NCBI GenBank assembly: GCA_947624385.1
Contig: CANQJZ010000008.1
Location: forward strand, 2,226 to 66,225
Source: an uncultured Oscillospiraceae bacterium
GTDB lineage: Bacteria > Bacillota > Clostridia > Oscillospirales > Oscillospiraceae
Direction of reading: 5' to 3'
Length of the DNA stretch: 64,000 nt
Part shown: positions 1 to 10,080 of the stretch, piece after piece
Layout of the letters: the number at the start of each line of letters is the position of its first letter
Position numbering within the stretch: the stretch's first letter is position 1
Notes under the pieces: generated by a model
Seen by the model: the letters and a program-made list of their open reading frames with translations, nothing else
What the model was told of the DNA's origin: nothing
Databases searched by the model: none
Translations under genes and position numbers: made by a program

Positions 1-488
1 ATGTACCCCTCGTCGTAGCCCTCGGCGACATATTCCTCCCCCAGCATGAACGCGGCCTCCGTCAGGTTGGGCACGATCACGTCCGCCTTGGCGCATAAAC
101 CGGCCACGCCCTTGGCGTAGGCCATATCGAAGGCGGGATATAATTTGCCGTTGTCGGCGAACACCGGGTCCACGATCTTCACCATCTCCGGGAACAGCCG
201 GAAGTAGTCGGCCACCGTGCCGATCATAGCCTGGGTGCCCAGATAGCCCGTGCTCACGCCGTCAAAGGTCAGGCCCGCGCTCTTCCAGTGGGCCGCGATG
301 GGGGCCAGGTCGTCCCCCAGGTCCCGGAAGGTCCAGTCGGTGAAGCCCGCCGTGTGGGTGGATAAGACCGCCGTGGGCACGGGGCAGACCTCCAGCCCCA
401 TGGCCGACATGATGGGGTGGGCCACCGTCAGCGAGCACTTGCCAAAGCAGGACAGGTCCTGTATCGTCATGATCCGTTTCTGTTTCAC
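1..488 (-). CDS. pdxK: pyridoxal/pyridoxamine kinase (PdxK/PdxY family); 3' end lies outside the window
   Basis: Minus-strand frame is open to the window edge, so it is absent from the ORF track. Translation from GTG at 488 reads VKQKRIMTIQDLSCFGKCSLTVAHPIMSAMGLEVCPVPTAVLSTHTAGF...VDPVFADNGKLY, a ribokinase-fold pyridoxal kinase pattern. GGAGG lies 8 nt upstream of the GTG. Confidence 0.75.
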   Translation of the reverse strand, partial: MKQKRIMTIQDLSCFGKCSLTVAHPIMSAMGLEVCPVPTAVLSTHTAGFTDWTFRDLGDDLAPIAAHWKSAGLTFDGVSTGYLGTQAMIGTVADYFRLFPEMVKIVDPVFADNGKLYPAFDMAYAKGVAGLCAKADVIVPNLTEAAFMLGEEYVAEGYDEGY

Positions 489-620
489 GGTCAAAACCTC
501 CTTGTTTCGATGGGGCCAGTATAGCACAAACTGAGCTTATAAAAAGAGCCAGTTTATATATTTTTTATAAGGCCAGTTTCGCCGCCCCCGGCGGATTTTG
601 ACTTTTCAGGGAATTAAAGC

Positions 621-649
621 TTGACATAAAACCCATTTCGTTTTAAAAT
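621..649 (+). promoter_or_regulatory. sigma-A-type promoter candidate for rny
   Basis: TTGACA (621-626), 17-nt spacer, TAAAAT (644-649), about 120 nt upstream of the rny start. Confidence 0.45.
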
Positions 650-771
650 CAATTAGTTACAGTGGGGTAACTGGATGAATATCCCGCTGTTGCGTCCTTG
701 ATTGATCGGATGGGGTGCTTGATACCCGCCGTATGAAAGAGACTGTCAGGATAGGAGGTGTATATACTTAG

Positions 772-2313
<1,542 letters not shown>

Positions 2314-2328
2314 CGACAGAAATGATCG

Positions 2329-2366
2329 CTCCCCCTCCGGCTTGTCCGAAGGGGGAGAATTTTTTG
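2329..2366 (+). terminator. intrinsic terminator after rny
   Basis: Stem ctccccct/agggggag with a 13-nt loop, followed by aattttttg. Confidence 0.7.
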
Positions 2367-2387
2367 TATCTTTTTTGTAAATAATAC

Positions 2388-2415
2388 TTGTATTTTGTAA
2401 TTTTTGTAATATAAT
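2388..2415 (+). promoter_or_regulatory. promoter candidate for the spoVK-like gene inside a TTGTAA/TTGTAT repeat block
   Basis: TTGTAT (2388-2393), 16-nt spacer, TATAAT (2410-2415). TTGTA(A/T) hexamers recur five times between 2364 and 2409. Confidence 0.4.
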
Positions 2416-2443
2416 ATCATAAAGCGCACTTTGCGCGCACTGT

Positions 2444-2480
2444 GGGACATTTCCGGGCTAAAAATGGACAAAATGGGACA
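2444..2480 (+). promoter_or_regulatory. phased GGGACA/GGACA boxes between the promoter and the SD
   Basis: GGGACA at 2444-2449, tGGACA at 2465-2470 and GGGACA at 2475-2480, spaced 21 and 10 nt. Confidence 0.4.
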
Positions 2481-2495
2481 AAGGGGGCGTTCGCG

Positions 2496-3932
2496 ATGCC
2501 CACCCAGTGGAAGCGCTCGCCGGAGGAATTGCATAAAACCTATATCGCCAACACGGAGGCGTTCTACCGGGTGGCCGGCCGGGACCTGGCGGCGCAGATG
2601 GACGAGTTCTGCGTCACCTGCGCCACCCAGCTCTTTGCCCGCAGCGCCAGCCTGGGCCAGGAGCACGCCGACGCGGTGAACGCCCTGTATTCCAAGGGCC
2701 GGCCCGGGCCGGGCTGGCTGCTGTGGGGGCTGAGCTCGGCGGTGGGCAAAAGCGGGGAATTTCTGCCGCCGCTTTTCTTCTGGTCTCTGACGGAAAAGGA
2801 CGCCCGCCAGGGCACGGACAGCTCCCGTGTGTTCATCCGGATGCTGACCAATATCCTGCTGTGCCTGGCGGCGGTGGACGACGACGTGACCTACGCCGAG
2901 GCGGAGTATATCACCGAGTGCGCGGACAAGCTGGCCGCCCTGTGCGACGGGGCGGGGGTGAAAAAGGGCAAGCCGGGTCTGCGGGCGGCGGATTTCGTCA
3001 CCAGCGCGGAGCCGTCCTTTTTGGAGAAAAACCCGCCAAAGGCCGGTACGGCCAACGGTCCCGCCCAGGGAAACGTCCAGGCGAAAGCCGCCGGGGAGAC
3101 CCAGCCGGACAAGCCGGACCTGGACGCGCTGTTGGCGGAGCTGGACGGCCTGGTGGGGCTGGAAAAGGTCAAAAAAGACGTGAAGAGCATGATGAACCTG
3201 GTGAAGGTCCGCAAGCTCCGGCAGGACGCGGGTCTGCCCGTGCCGCCCTTAAGTCTGCACATGGTGTTTCTGGGCAATCCCGGCACGGGCAAGACTACCG
3301 TGGCGAGGCTTTTGAGCGGCCTGTACGCCGCCATCGGGGCCCTTTCCAAGGGCCAGCTGGTGGAGGTGGACCGGTCCGGGCTGGTGGCGGGCTACGTGGG
3401 CCAGACGGCCATCAAGACGCAGGAGGTCATCGCCTCCGCGTTGGGCGGGGTGCTGTTCATCGACGAGGCATATTCTCTCGCCAGCGGCGGGGAGAACGAC
3501 TTCGGCCGGGAGGCCATCGAGACCCTTTTGAAGGCCATGGAGGACCACCGGGAGGACCTGGTGGTGATCGTGGCCGGGTACACCGGGCCCATGCAGCGGT
3601 TTCTGGACTCCAATCCGGGGCTGGAGAGCCGGTTCAACAAGCGCATATTCTTCGAGGACTATAACGGCGAGGAGCTGAACGCCATCTTCCACATGCAATG
3701 TAAGAAAAACGGCTACGAGCTGGACGACGAGGCGGAAGCCTACGCCGGGGAGTTTTTCGCCGCCATGTACGAAAACCGGGATGGGAACTTCGGCAACGGC
3801 CGGGACGTGCGCAACCAGTTCGAGGACATGGTGGTGCGCCAGGCGAATCGCGTGGCGGCGATGGAGAGCCCGTCCAAGGAGGATCTGGTGCGGTTTGTGA
3901 AGGCGGATTTTTTGGCGGGGGCAGGAGATTGA
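2496..3932 (+). CDS. AAA+ ATPase of the SpoVK/CbbX family with an N-terminal TerB-like domain
   Basis: Walker A GNPGTGKTTVARLL, Walker B LFIDEAYSL, and VIVAGY...SNPGLESRF typical of SpoVK/CbbX. Start chosen at MPTQW, with AAGGGGG 9 nt upstream. The first 18 ORF-track codons overlap the GGGACA boxes. Confidence 0.8.
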   Translation: MPTQWKRSPEELHKTYIANTEAFYRVAGRDLAAQMDEFCVTCATQLFARSASLGQEHADAVNALYSKGRPGPGWLLWGLSSAVGKSGEFLPPLFFWSLTEKDARQGTDSSRVFIRMLTNILLCLAAVDDDVTYAEAEYITECADKLAALCDGAGVKKGKPGLRAADFVTSAEPSFLEKNPPKAGTANGPAQGNVQAKAAGETQPDKPDLDALLAELDGLVGLEKVKKDVKSMMNLVKVRKLRQDAGLPVPPLSLHMVFLGNPGTGKTTVARLLSGLYAAIGALSKGQLVEVDRSGLVAGYVGQTAIKTQEVIASALGGVLFIDEAYSLASGGENDFGREAIETLLKAMEDHREDLVVIVAGYTGPMQRFLDSNPGLESRFNKRIFFEDYNGEELNAIFHMQCKKNGYELDDEAEAYAGEFFAAMYENRDGNFGNGRDVRNQFEDMVVRQANRVAAMESPSKEDLVRFVKADFLAGAGD

Positions 3933-3936
3933 TTTG

Positions 3937-4080
3937 TCTCTCCCCCAGTCACGCATACGCGTGACAGCCCCCTCGTCAGAGGGGGCCGGATTCCCTGCCC
4001 AGGGTGGAGAATCAGCCTCCCTCTGACGAGGGAGGTGGCGCGGCGCAAGCCGCGACGGAGGGAGAGATATTTAAATCTTT
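3937..4080. repeat. GC-rich mosaic hairpin repeat, locus A (two diverged copies in inverted orientation)
   Basis: Hairpins gtcacgc/gcgtgac (3948-3965), gccccctc/gagggggc (3967-3986) and cctccctc/gagggagg (4016-4035), ending in ggagagatatttaaatc. The same modules occur at 38949-39010. Confidence 0.8.
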
Positions 4081-4116
4081 CTTTCCTCTTCAATAAGGTT
4101 AAAGGATTCAAAGATC

Positions 4117-5349
4117 ATGGCAGACAAACATCTTGGGGTGTACATCCACATCCCGTTCTGCGCGTCAAAGTGCGGGTACTGCGACTTCTATTCCCTGGCG
4201 GGGTGCGACAAGCTCATGGGCAAATACCAGGACGCCCTGCTGCGCCACATCAGGGAGTCCGCCAACACCATGTCGCCCTACTACATCGACACGGTGTATT
4301 TCGGCGGCGGCACCCCCAGCTACTACGGCGGCAAGCGCCTGGCGGAGCTGTTCAACGCCCTCAAGCGCTCGGGAAAGGTGCTCAAGTCCTCCGAGGTCAC
4401 GGTGGAGTGCAACCCGGACAGCGTGCGGCCTCGGGACCTGGACCGGCTGAAGAGCGAGGGCGTCAACCGCATTTCCCTGGGGGTCCAGTCCGCCAGCGAC
4501 GATTTATTAAAAATCATCGGCCGGCGGCACAACTTCACCCAGGTGAAAAAGGCCGTGAAGGACATCCGCAAGGCGGGCTTTGACAATTTGAGCGTAGACC
4601 TGATCTACGGCCTTCCCAACCAGACCAAGGCCGATTGGGCCGACACCCTGGCAAGGGTGCTGGACCTGGAGCCGGACCACGTGAGCGGGTACGGGCTGAA
4701 GCTGGAGGAAGGCACCCCCATGTACGACCAGTACAAAGAAAGCCCGGTCCTGCCCACCGACGACGAACAGGCGGACATGTACCTTTACATGGTGGAGACC
4801 CTGAACCACTACGGCTACGGGCAGTATGAGGTGTCCAACTTCGCCCGGCGGGGCAAGGCCTCCCGGCACAACATGAAGTATTGGGACATGGACGATTATC
4901 TGGGCTTCGGTCCCGGCGCACACTCCTGCATCGGCAATACACGCTACAGCTACGTCAGGGACCTGCGGGCCTACATCGACGGCGTGGGCGGCAAGGGCGA
5001 GATACTGGACGAGTACGAAAAGCTGGACGAGCTGGACCGGGCGGCGGAGTATCTGATGCTGGGCATGCGCCGCAGCAAGGGCATATCGGCGGAGGAATAC
5101 CGCCGGGTCTATCGGAGCGATTTCGCGCCCATAGAGGCGCTTTTGCAGGAGTATGAGAAGGACGGCTGGACCAGGCAGTTCGACGGCCGCTGGTGCTTCA
5201 CGCCACAGGGATTTCTGCTGTCAAACATTTTGATCGGCTCTCTCTGGGAGGCCCAGGCGGAGTACCGTATCAGCGGCAACCCCTGGATGGAGGGACAGCT
5301 GGACGGCAGCTTGAAGGACCTGACCGGCAGCAGCGAATTGCGGGTGTGA
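4117..5349 (+). CDS. hemW: radical SAM heme chaperone HemW (HemN-like, oxygen-independent coproporphyrinogen oxidase family)
   Basis: YIHIPFCASKCGYCDF radical-SAM CxxxCxxC motif and a HemN C-terminal domain. Confidence 0.9.
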   Translation: MADKHLGVYIHIPFCASKCGYCDFYSLAGCDKLMGKYQDALLRHIRESANTMSPYYIDTVYFGGGTPSYYGGKRLAELFNALKRSGKVLKSSEVTVECNPDSVRPRDLDRLKSEGVNRISLGVQSASDDLLKIIGRRHNFTQVKKAVKDIRKAGFDNLSVDLIYGLPNQTKADWADTLARVLDLEPDHVSGYGLKLEEGTPMYDQYKESPVLPTDDEQADMYLYMVETLNHYGYGQYEVSNFARRGKASRHNMKYWDMDDYLGFGPGAHSCIGNTRYSYVRDLRAYIDGVGGKGEILDEYEKLDELDRAAEYLMLGMRRSKGISAEEYRRVYRSDFAPIEALLQEYEKDGWTRQFDGRWCFTPQGFLLSNILIGSLWEAQAEYRISGNPWMEGQLDGSLKDLTGSSELRV

Positions 5350-5372
5350 GTTTTTTCAAAGGAGGGGAGTTT

Positions 5373-7058
5373 ATGCACGCGTATTCTGATGGCGGACAGA
5401 GCGGATGGAAGGTCTGGCGGACCGTGCTTATCCTGCTGGCGGTGGTGCTGTTCGCGGTGGTGATGGTGCTGGGCGTGGGGTTCACCTACGCCAAGCGGGT
5501 GTCGGAGCTGGACACCATCTATCCCAACGTGAACGTGAACGGCGTGGACGTGGGCGGCATGACGGTGGCCGAGGCGGCCGCCGCTTTGGGCGACGCGCCG
5601 GAGCGGTATGAAAACGCCGCCGTCACGGTGAACTTCCCCACCGGGGAGAGCGTGACGGTCACGGCCGACGAGCTGGGGCTGGAGCCTCTGGACGGCACGG
5701 GCTTTGCCCGGGCGGCCTATGCCTACGGCCGGGGCGGGACCATGCTCTCCAACCTGCGGACATACATGGCGTGCCGGAACAAGCCCGTGTTCATGGCCGT
5801 AGACGGTATACAGGACAATTCCATCGACGAAAATATCATCGCGGAAAAGCTGCGCCCGGCGGCGGACGCCGTGGACGCCAGGCTGGACACGGTGAAGGCC
5901 CAGATCGGCGAGGATGCCATCGCCCTGGTGAAAAACGACGGCGCGGCCCACGTGGACGTGCAAGCCCTGGCCGGACAGGTGCGGGAGGCGTTCGAGGCGG
6001 AAAATTACGCCCCCATCGACTGCCAGGTGGAGGCTGAGAACAGCGGGGAAACTTCGCCGATAGATATAGACGCGGTGCTCCAAAGGCTGTATAATGAGGT
6101 GTACGCCGCGCCTGTGGACGCCTACTACGACCAGGCCACCGGCCAAGTCGTGGAGGGCGTGGCCGGAGTCCGCTTCGACACGGAGGCGGCCAAAGCCGCC
6201 TGGGACGCGGCCGCCAACGGCGAGACCGTGACCATCCCCCTCATCCGGGAGGACCCGGCGGTCACCGCCGACCAGCTGCCGGAGCAGTTTTTCACGGACG
6301 TGCTGGCGGAAAAGAGCACCACTTTGGCCGGGTCCACCTACGCCCGGGTCAACAACATCACCCTGGCGGCGGCCGCCATGAACGGCGTGGTATTGCAGCC
6401 GGGGGAGCAGTTCGACTATAACGCCTGTCTGGGCCAGCGGACCGAGGCCAAGGGCTACCAGTCCGCCGGGGCCTTCTCCGGAGGCCAGCATGTCATGAGC
6501 ATCGGCGGCGGCATATGCCAGGGAAGCTCCACGCTTTACTACTGCGCGCTGAAGGCGAATCTGTCCATCACCGACCGGTGGTGCCACCAGTTCGTGGTGG
6601 GGTATCTCCCCCGGGGCATGGACGCCACGGTGAGCTGGGGCTGGCCGGACTTCAAGTTCGTCAACTCCCGCAGCTATCCCATCAAGATCGCGGCATGGGT
6701 GTCCGGCGGGTATCTGACCATTCAGATACTGGGCACGGACGTGGACGGGTCCTATGTGGACATCACCAACGAGACGTGGGAGGACGCCACCCACTATTAC
6801 GCCCAGACCTACCGGAACGTATACGACAAAAACGGCAGTCTGATAAGCTCCCAAAAGGAGGCTTACAGCTGCTACGACAAGGAGGAGGCCGTGGCGGCCA
6901 CGGCCACCCCCGCCCCGCAGGTCACCCAGGCGCCCCAGGTCCCGGAGGTCCAGGCGCCGGTCGCGCCGGTGGAACAGCCCGTGCAAGTGCCGGACAGCCA
7001 GCCCCAGCAGTCGGACCCGGAGCCACCCCCGCCTGAGCCGGAGGGCGTTATCGAATAA
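5373..7058 (+). CDS. VanW family protein with an N-terminal TM anchor and a P/Q-rich C-terminal tail
   Basis: Start MHAYSDGG with AAAGGAGGGG upstream. VanW core GGICQGSSTLYYCALKANL...GMDATVSWGWPDFKF. Confidence 0.85.
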   Translation: MHAYSDGGQSGWKVWRTVLILLAVVLFAVVMVLGVGFTYAKRVSELDTIYPNVNVNGVDVGGMTVAEAAAALGDAPERYENAAVTVNFPTGESVTVTADELGLEPLDGTGFARAAYAYGRGGTMLSNLRTYMACRNKPVFMAVDGIQDNSIDENIIAEKLRPAADAVDARLDTVKAQIGEDAIALVKNDGAAHVDVQALAGQVREAFEAENYAPIDCQVEAENSGETSPIDIDAVLQRLYNEVYAAPVDAYYDQATGQVVEGVAGVRFDTEAAKAAWDAAANGETVTIPLIREDPAVTADQLPEQFFTDVLAEKSTTLAGSTYARVNNITLAAAAMNGVVLQPGEQFDYNACLGQRTEAKGYQSAGAFSGGQHVMSIGGGICQGSSTLYYCALKANLSITDRWCHQFVVGYLPRGMDATVSWGWPDFKFVNSRSYPIKIAAWVSGGYLTIQILGTDVDGSYVDITNETWEDATHYYAQTYRNVYDKNGSLISSQKEAYSCYDKEEAVAATATPAPQVTQAPQVPEVQAPVAPVEQPVQVPDSQPQQSDPEPPPPEPEGVIE

Positions 7059-7084
7059 ACAACGCACGTTTGGAGGCAGTCAAT

Positions 7085-9037
7085 ATGAGCAAAGGCACGT
7101 TTTACATCACCACCCCGATCTATTACCCGTCCGACAAGCTGCACATCGGCCACGCCTACTGCACCGTGGCCACCGACGCCATGGCCCGGTATAAGCGCCT
7201 TTGCGGCTATGACGTGATGTTTTTGACCGGCACCGACGAGCACGGCATGAAGATCGAGGACAAGGCCCGTGACGCCGGCGTCACCCCCAAGCAGTACGTG
7301 GACAACATCGTGGAGGGACCAAGGGGCGTGAAGGACCTGTGGAAGCTCATGAACATCTCCAACGACCGGTTCATCCGCACCACCGACGATTACCACGTCC
7401 TCGCCATCCAGCGCATTTTCAAAAAGCTGCACGACAACGGGGATATCTACAAGGGCAAGTACGTGGGCAAGTACTGCAAGCCCTGCGAGAGCTTCTGGAC
7501 CGAGAGCCAGCTGGTGGACGGCAAGTGCCCCGACTGCGGCCGGCCCGTCATCGACGCAGAGGAAGAGGCCTATTTCTTCCGGCTGTCGAAATACGCCGAT
7601 AAGGTCCGGGACCTGCTGGAAAACACCGACTTTCTCCAGCCCCGCAGCCGGGTCAACGAGATGGTCAACAACTTCATAAAGCCTGGGCTGGAGGACCTGT
7701 GCGTTTCCCGGACAAGCTTCACCTGGGGCATCCCCGTGGACTTCGACCCGGGCCACGTGGTGTACGTGTGGGTGGACGCGCTCAGTAACTACATTACCGC
7801 CCTGGGCTACGCCAACGATAAGTACCACGACTACGACAAGTACTGGCCCGCGGACGTGCACTTCGTGGGCAAGGAGATCGTCCGGTTCCACTCCATCATC
7901 TGGCCCGCGATGCTCATGAGCCTGGGTCTGCCTCTGCCCAAGAAGGTGTACGGCCACGGGTGGCTCAACTTCGGCGGCGAGAAGATGTCCAAGAGCCGGG
8001 GCAACGTGGTGGACCCCTATATTTTGGCGGAGAAGTTCGGGGTGGACGCCCTGCGGTTTTTCATGCTGCGGACCTTCCCCTTCGGCGCGGACGGCAACTT
8101 CACCAACGAGCTGCTCATCCAGACCATCAACACGGACCTGGCCAACGACCTGGGCAATCTGGTCAGCCGGACCACCGCCATGGCGGAGAAGTATTTTGGC
8201 GGAAAGCTGCCCGCCGGCGGCGAGCTCGCGGAATTGGACGGCGAGCTGAAAGAGCTGGCGGACCAGGTGCGGGAGAATTACCGGACCCAGATGGACGCTT
8301 TTCAGTTCTCCGTGGCGCTGAACGAGGTCTGGCGGCTCATCAGCCGGGCCAACAAGTATATCGACGAGACCATGCCCTGGGCCCTGGCAAAGGACGAGGA
8401 TAAAAAGCCCCGGCTGCTGGCGGTGATGAAAAACCTCTGCGAGGCCATCCGGGTGTCCGCCATCTTCGTAAGCCCCGTCATGCCCGACACCGCCGAGGCC
8501 ATCTTCCAGCGCCTTGGCGTGCCCGCGGAAGGCCGGACATTGGAGGCCGCGGGCTTCGATCTGGAGACCGACGGGTATTGGAACACGACCACCGGCGCGC
8601 CGCTGTTTCCCCGCATCGACATGGAGAAGGAGCTGGCGGAGCTGGAAAAGCTCCAGGCCCCGGCAAAGCCCGCCGTCGAGATCGAGCCGCTGGCGGCGGA
8701 GAACGTGGATTTCGACACCTTCTGCAAGAGCGATTTCCGGGCCGTGAAGGTGAAGGACTGCCAGCCGGTCAAAAAAAGCGAGAAGCTGCTCTGCTTTACC
8801 CTGGACGACGGCACGGGCACGGACAGACAGATCCTGTCCGGTATCGCCAAGTGGTATAAGCCGGAGGACCTGATCGGCAAGACGCTGGTGGCCATCGTGA
8901 ACCTGCCGCCCCGGAAGATGATGGGCCTTGCCTCCAACGGCATGCTCATCTCCGCCGTGCATAAGGAAAAGGGAGAGGAAAAGCTGAACCTGCTGATCGT
9001 CAGCGACGATATACCCGCCGGGGCAAAAATGTGCTAA
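7085..9037 (+). CDS. metG: methionine--tRNA ligase
   Basis: HIGHAY and KMSKS motifs, a CPxC...CPDCG zinc knuckle and a C-terminal tRNA-binding (EMAP-like) domain. GGAGG lies upstream of the ATG at 7085. Confidence 0.95.
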   Translation: MSKGTFYITTPIYYPSDKLHIGHAYCTVATDAMARYKRLCGYDVMFLTGTDEHGMKIEDKARDAGVTPKQYVDNIVEGPRGVKDLWKLMNISNDRFIRTTDDYHVLAIQRIFKKLHDNGDIYKGKYVGKYCKPCESFWTESQLVDGKCPDCGRPVIDAEEEAYFFRLSKYADKVRDLLENTDFLQPRSRVNEMVNNFIKPGLEDLCVSRTSFTWGIPVDFDPGHVVYVWVDALSNYITALGYANDKYHDYDKYWPADVHFVGKEIVRFHSIIWPAMLMSLGLPLPKKVYGHGWLNFGGEKMSKSRGNVVDPYILAEKFGVDALRFFMLRTFPFGADGNFTNELLIQTINTDLANDLGNLVSRTTAMAEKYFGGKLPAGGELAELDGELKELADQVRENYRTQMDAFQFSVALNEVWRLISRANKYIDETMPWALAKDEDKKPRLLAVMKNLCEAIRVSAIFVSPVMPDTAEAIFQRLGVPAEGRTLEAAGFDLETDGYWNTTTGAPLFPRIDMEKELAELEKLQAPAKPAVEIEPLAAENVDFDTFCKSDFRAVKVKDCQPVKKSEKLLCFTLDDGTGTDRQILSGIAKWYKPEDLIGKTLVAIVNLPPRKMMGLASNGMLISAVHKEKGEEKLNLLIVSDDIPAGAKMC

Positions 9038-9055
9038 AGGCATAAAACAAAAATC

Positions 9056-9097
9056 CCTCCCATATGCTTTTGACAAAAAGGCTATGGGAGGTTTTTT
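9056..9097 (+). terminator. intrinsic terminator after metG whose 3' arm contains the yabP SD
   Basis: Stem cctcccata (9056-9064) / tatgggagg (9083-9091), then TTTTTT (9092-9097), then the yabP ATG at 9098. Confidence 0.6.
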
Positions 9098-9394
9098 ATG
9101 GCCTACGAGGAAAAATCGGCTGCGGGGAAAGCGGCGGCCAAGCCGCCCCACCGGCTGACCATGGACGGCCGCCGGGAGCTTTGGATGAACGGCGTGGAGG
9201 AAGTGGAGAGCTTCGACGAGGGCCAGGTGGCCGTGCGCACCAGCCAGGGGCTTCTGTACGTCCGGGGCGCGTCGCTGAAGGTGGATAAGCTGGAAAAGAC
9301 ATCCGGGGAGCTGAACATCTCCGGCCAGGTGACCAGTCTGGAATACGAGGACACGACCGGCCGGGGCGGGTTCTGGTCCCGGCTGCTGAAATAA
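9098..9394 (+). CDS. yabP: sporulation protein YabP
   Basis: HRLTMDGRRELWMNGVEEVESFDEGQVAVRTSQGLLYVRG..L.V matches the YabP pattern, and a yabQ-like gene follows. Confidence 0.85.
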   Translation: MAYEEKSAAGKAAAKPPHRLTMDGRRELWMNGVEEVESFDEGQVAVRTSQGLLYVRGASLKVDKLEKTSGELNISGQVTSLEYEDTTGRGGFWSRLLK

Positions 9395-10080
9395 TGGCCC
9401 TGCCAGCGCTGGAACAGCTGCGCCAGACGGGCTGGTTTTTGCTGCTGGGGGCGGCTCTGGGGTTTTTCTACGACCTGCTGGGCGGGGCGCGGGACAAAAA
9501 ATGCCTGCCCGCCTGGGTCGCGGACGGGCTGTTCGGGGCGGCTTTCATAGCGGCCCTGTTTCTGGGCGGTATGGCCAGCCTGGAAGGCCGGGTGCGGCTC
9601 TATATGGCCCTGGTGACCCTGGGCGGCCTTGTCCTGTGGTGTGTAGCCGCGTCCCCCGTCACAAGGCCGCTGTGGTCGAAATTTTGGGGTCTGACAGCCC
9701 GGGGCGCGGCGTTTTTGGCGGTCCCGGTCCGAAAAAGCCGGGAATTTGTGCAAAAATTCGGCAAAAAACTCTTTTCAAACGGCCGAAAATGGTTTACAAT
9801 AATAGTTACACATTGGAAACAACGAACCCGGCAACGAAAAGGAGTGAGGCGCCGTGAAACTTCGCCGGTCCAGCTGGCTGACGCTGGTGGTCATCGTGGG
9901 ACTGATCGCCTACGCGTGTATCGCCCTGATGAATATGCGGACAAAGGTGGCCCAGGCCAACGAGACGGAGGCGGAGCTCCGGGAGCAGGTGGAGAGCATT
10001 CAGGAGGAAAACGCCGCCCTGGAATACGCCATCGCCCACAAGGACGACGACAAGACCATCGAGGACATCGCCCGGGATAA
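9394..10080 (+). CDS. yabQ: spore cortex biosynthesis protein YabQ-like (the 3' end overlaps divIC, so the end point is doubtful)
   Basis: Overlaps the yabP stop by 1 nt (shared A at 9394). Has 3-4 TM helices and then a basic tail. The frame stays open 227 nt into the divIC gene. Confidence 0.6.
   Translation: MALPALEQLRQTGWFLLLGAALGFFYDLLGGARDKKCLPAWVADGLFGAAFIAALFLGGMASLEGRVRLYMALVTLGGLVLWCVAASPVTRPLWSKFWGLTARGAAFLAVPVRKSREFVQKFGKKLFSNGRKWFTIIVTHWKQRTRQRKGVRRRETSPVQLADAGGHRGTDRLRVYRPDEYADKGGPGQRDGGGAPGAGGEHSGGKRRPGIRHRPQGRRQDHRGHRPG

Noticed and set aside
250-534. 94-aa plus-strand ORF at the left edge.
   Set aside because: It is antisense to the well-supported pyridoxal kinase frame (1-488, minus), which has an SD and family motifs.
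7059-7084. Looked for a T-box leader upstream of metG.
   Set aside because: Only 26 nt separate the VanW gene stop from the metG start, so there is no room for a T-box and no specifier or T-box motif is present.
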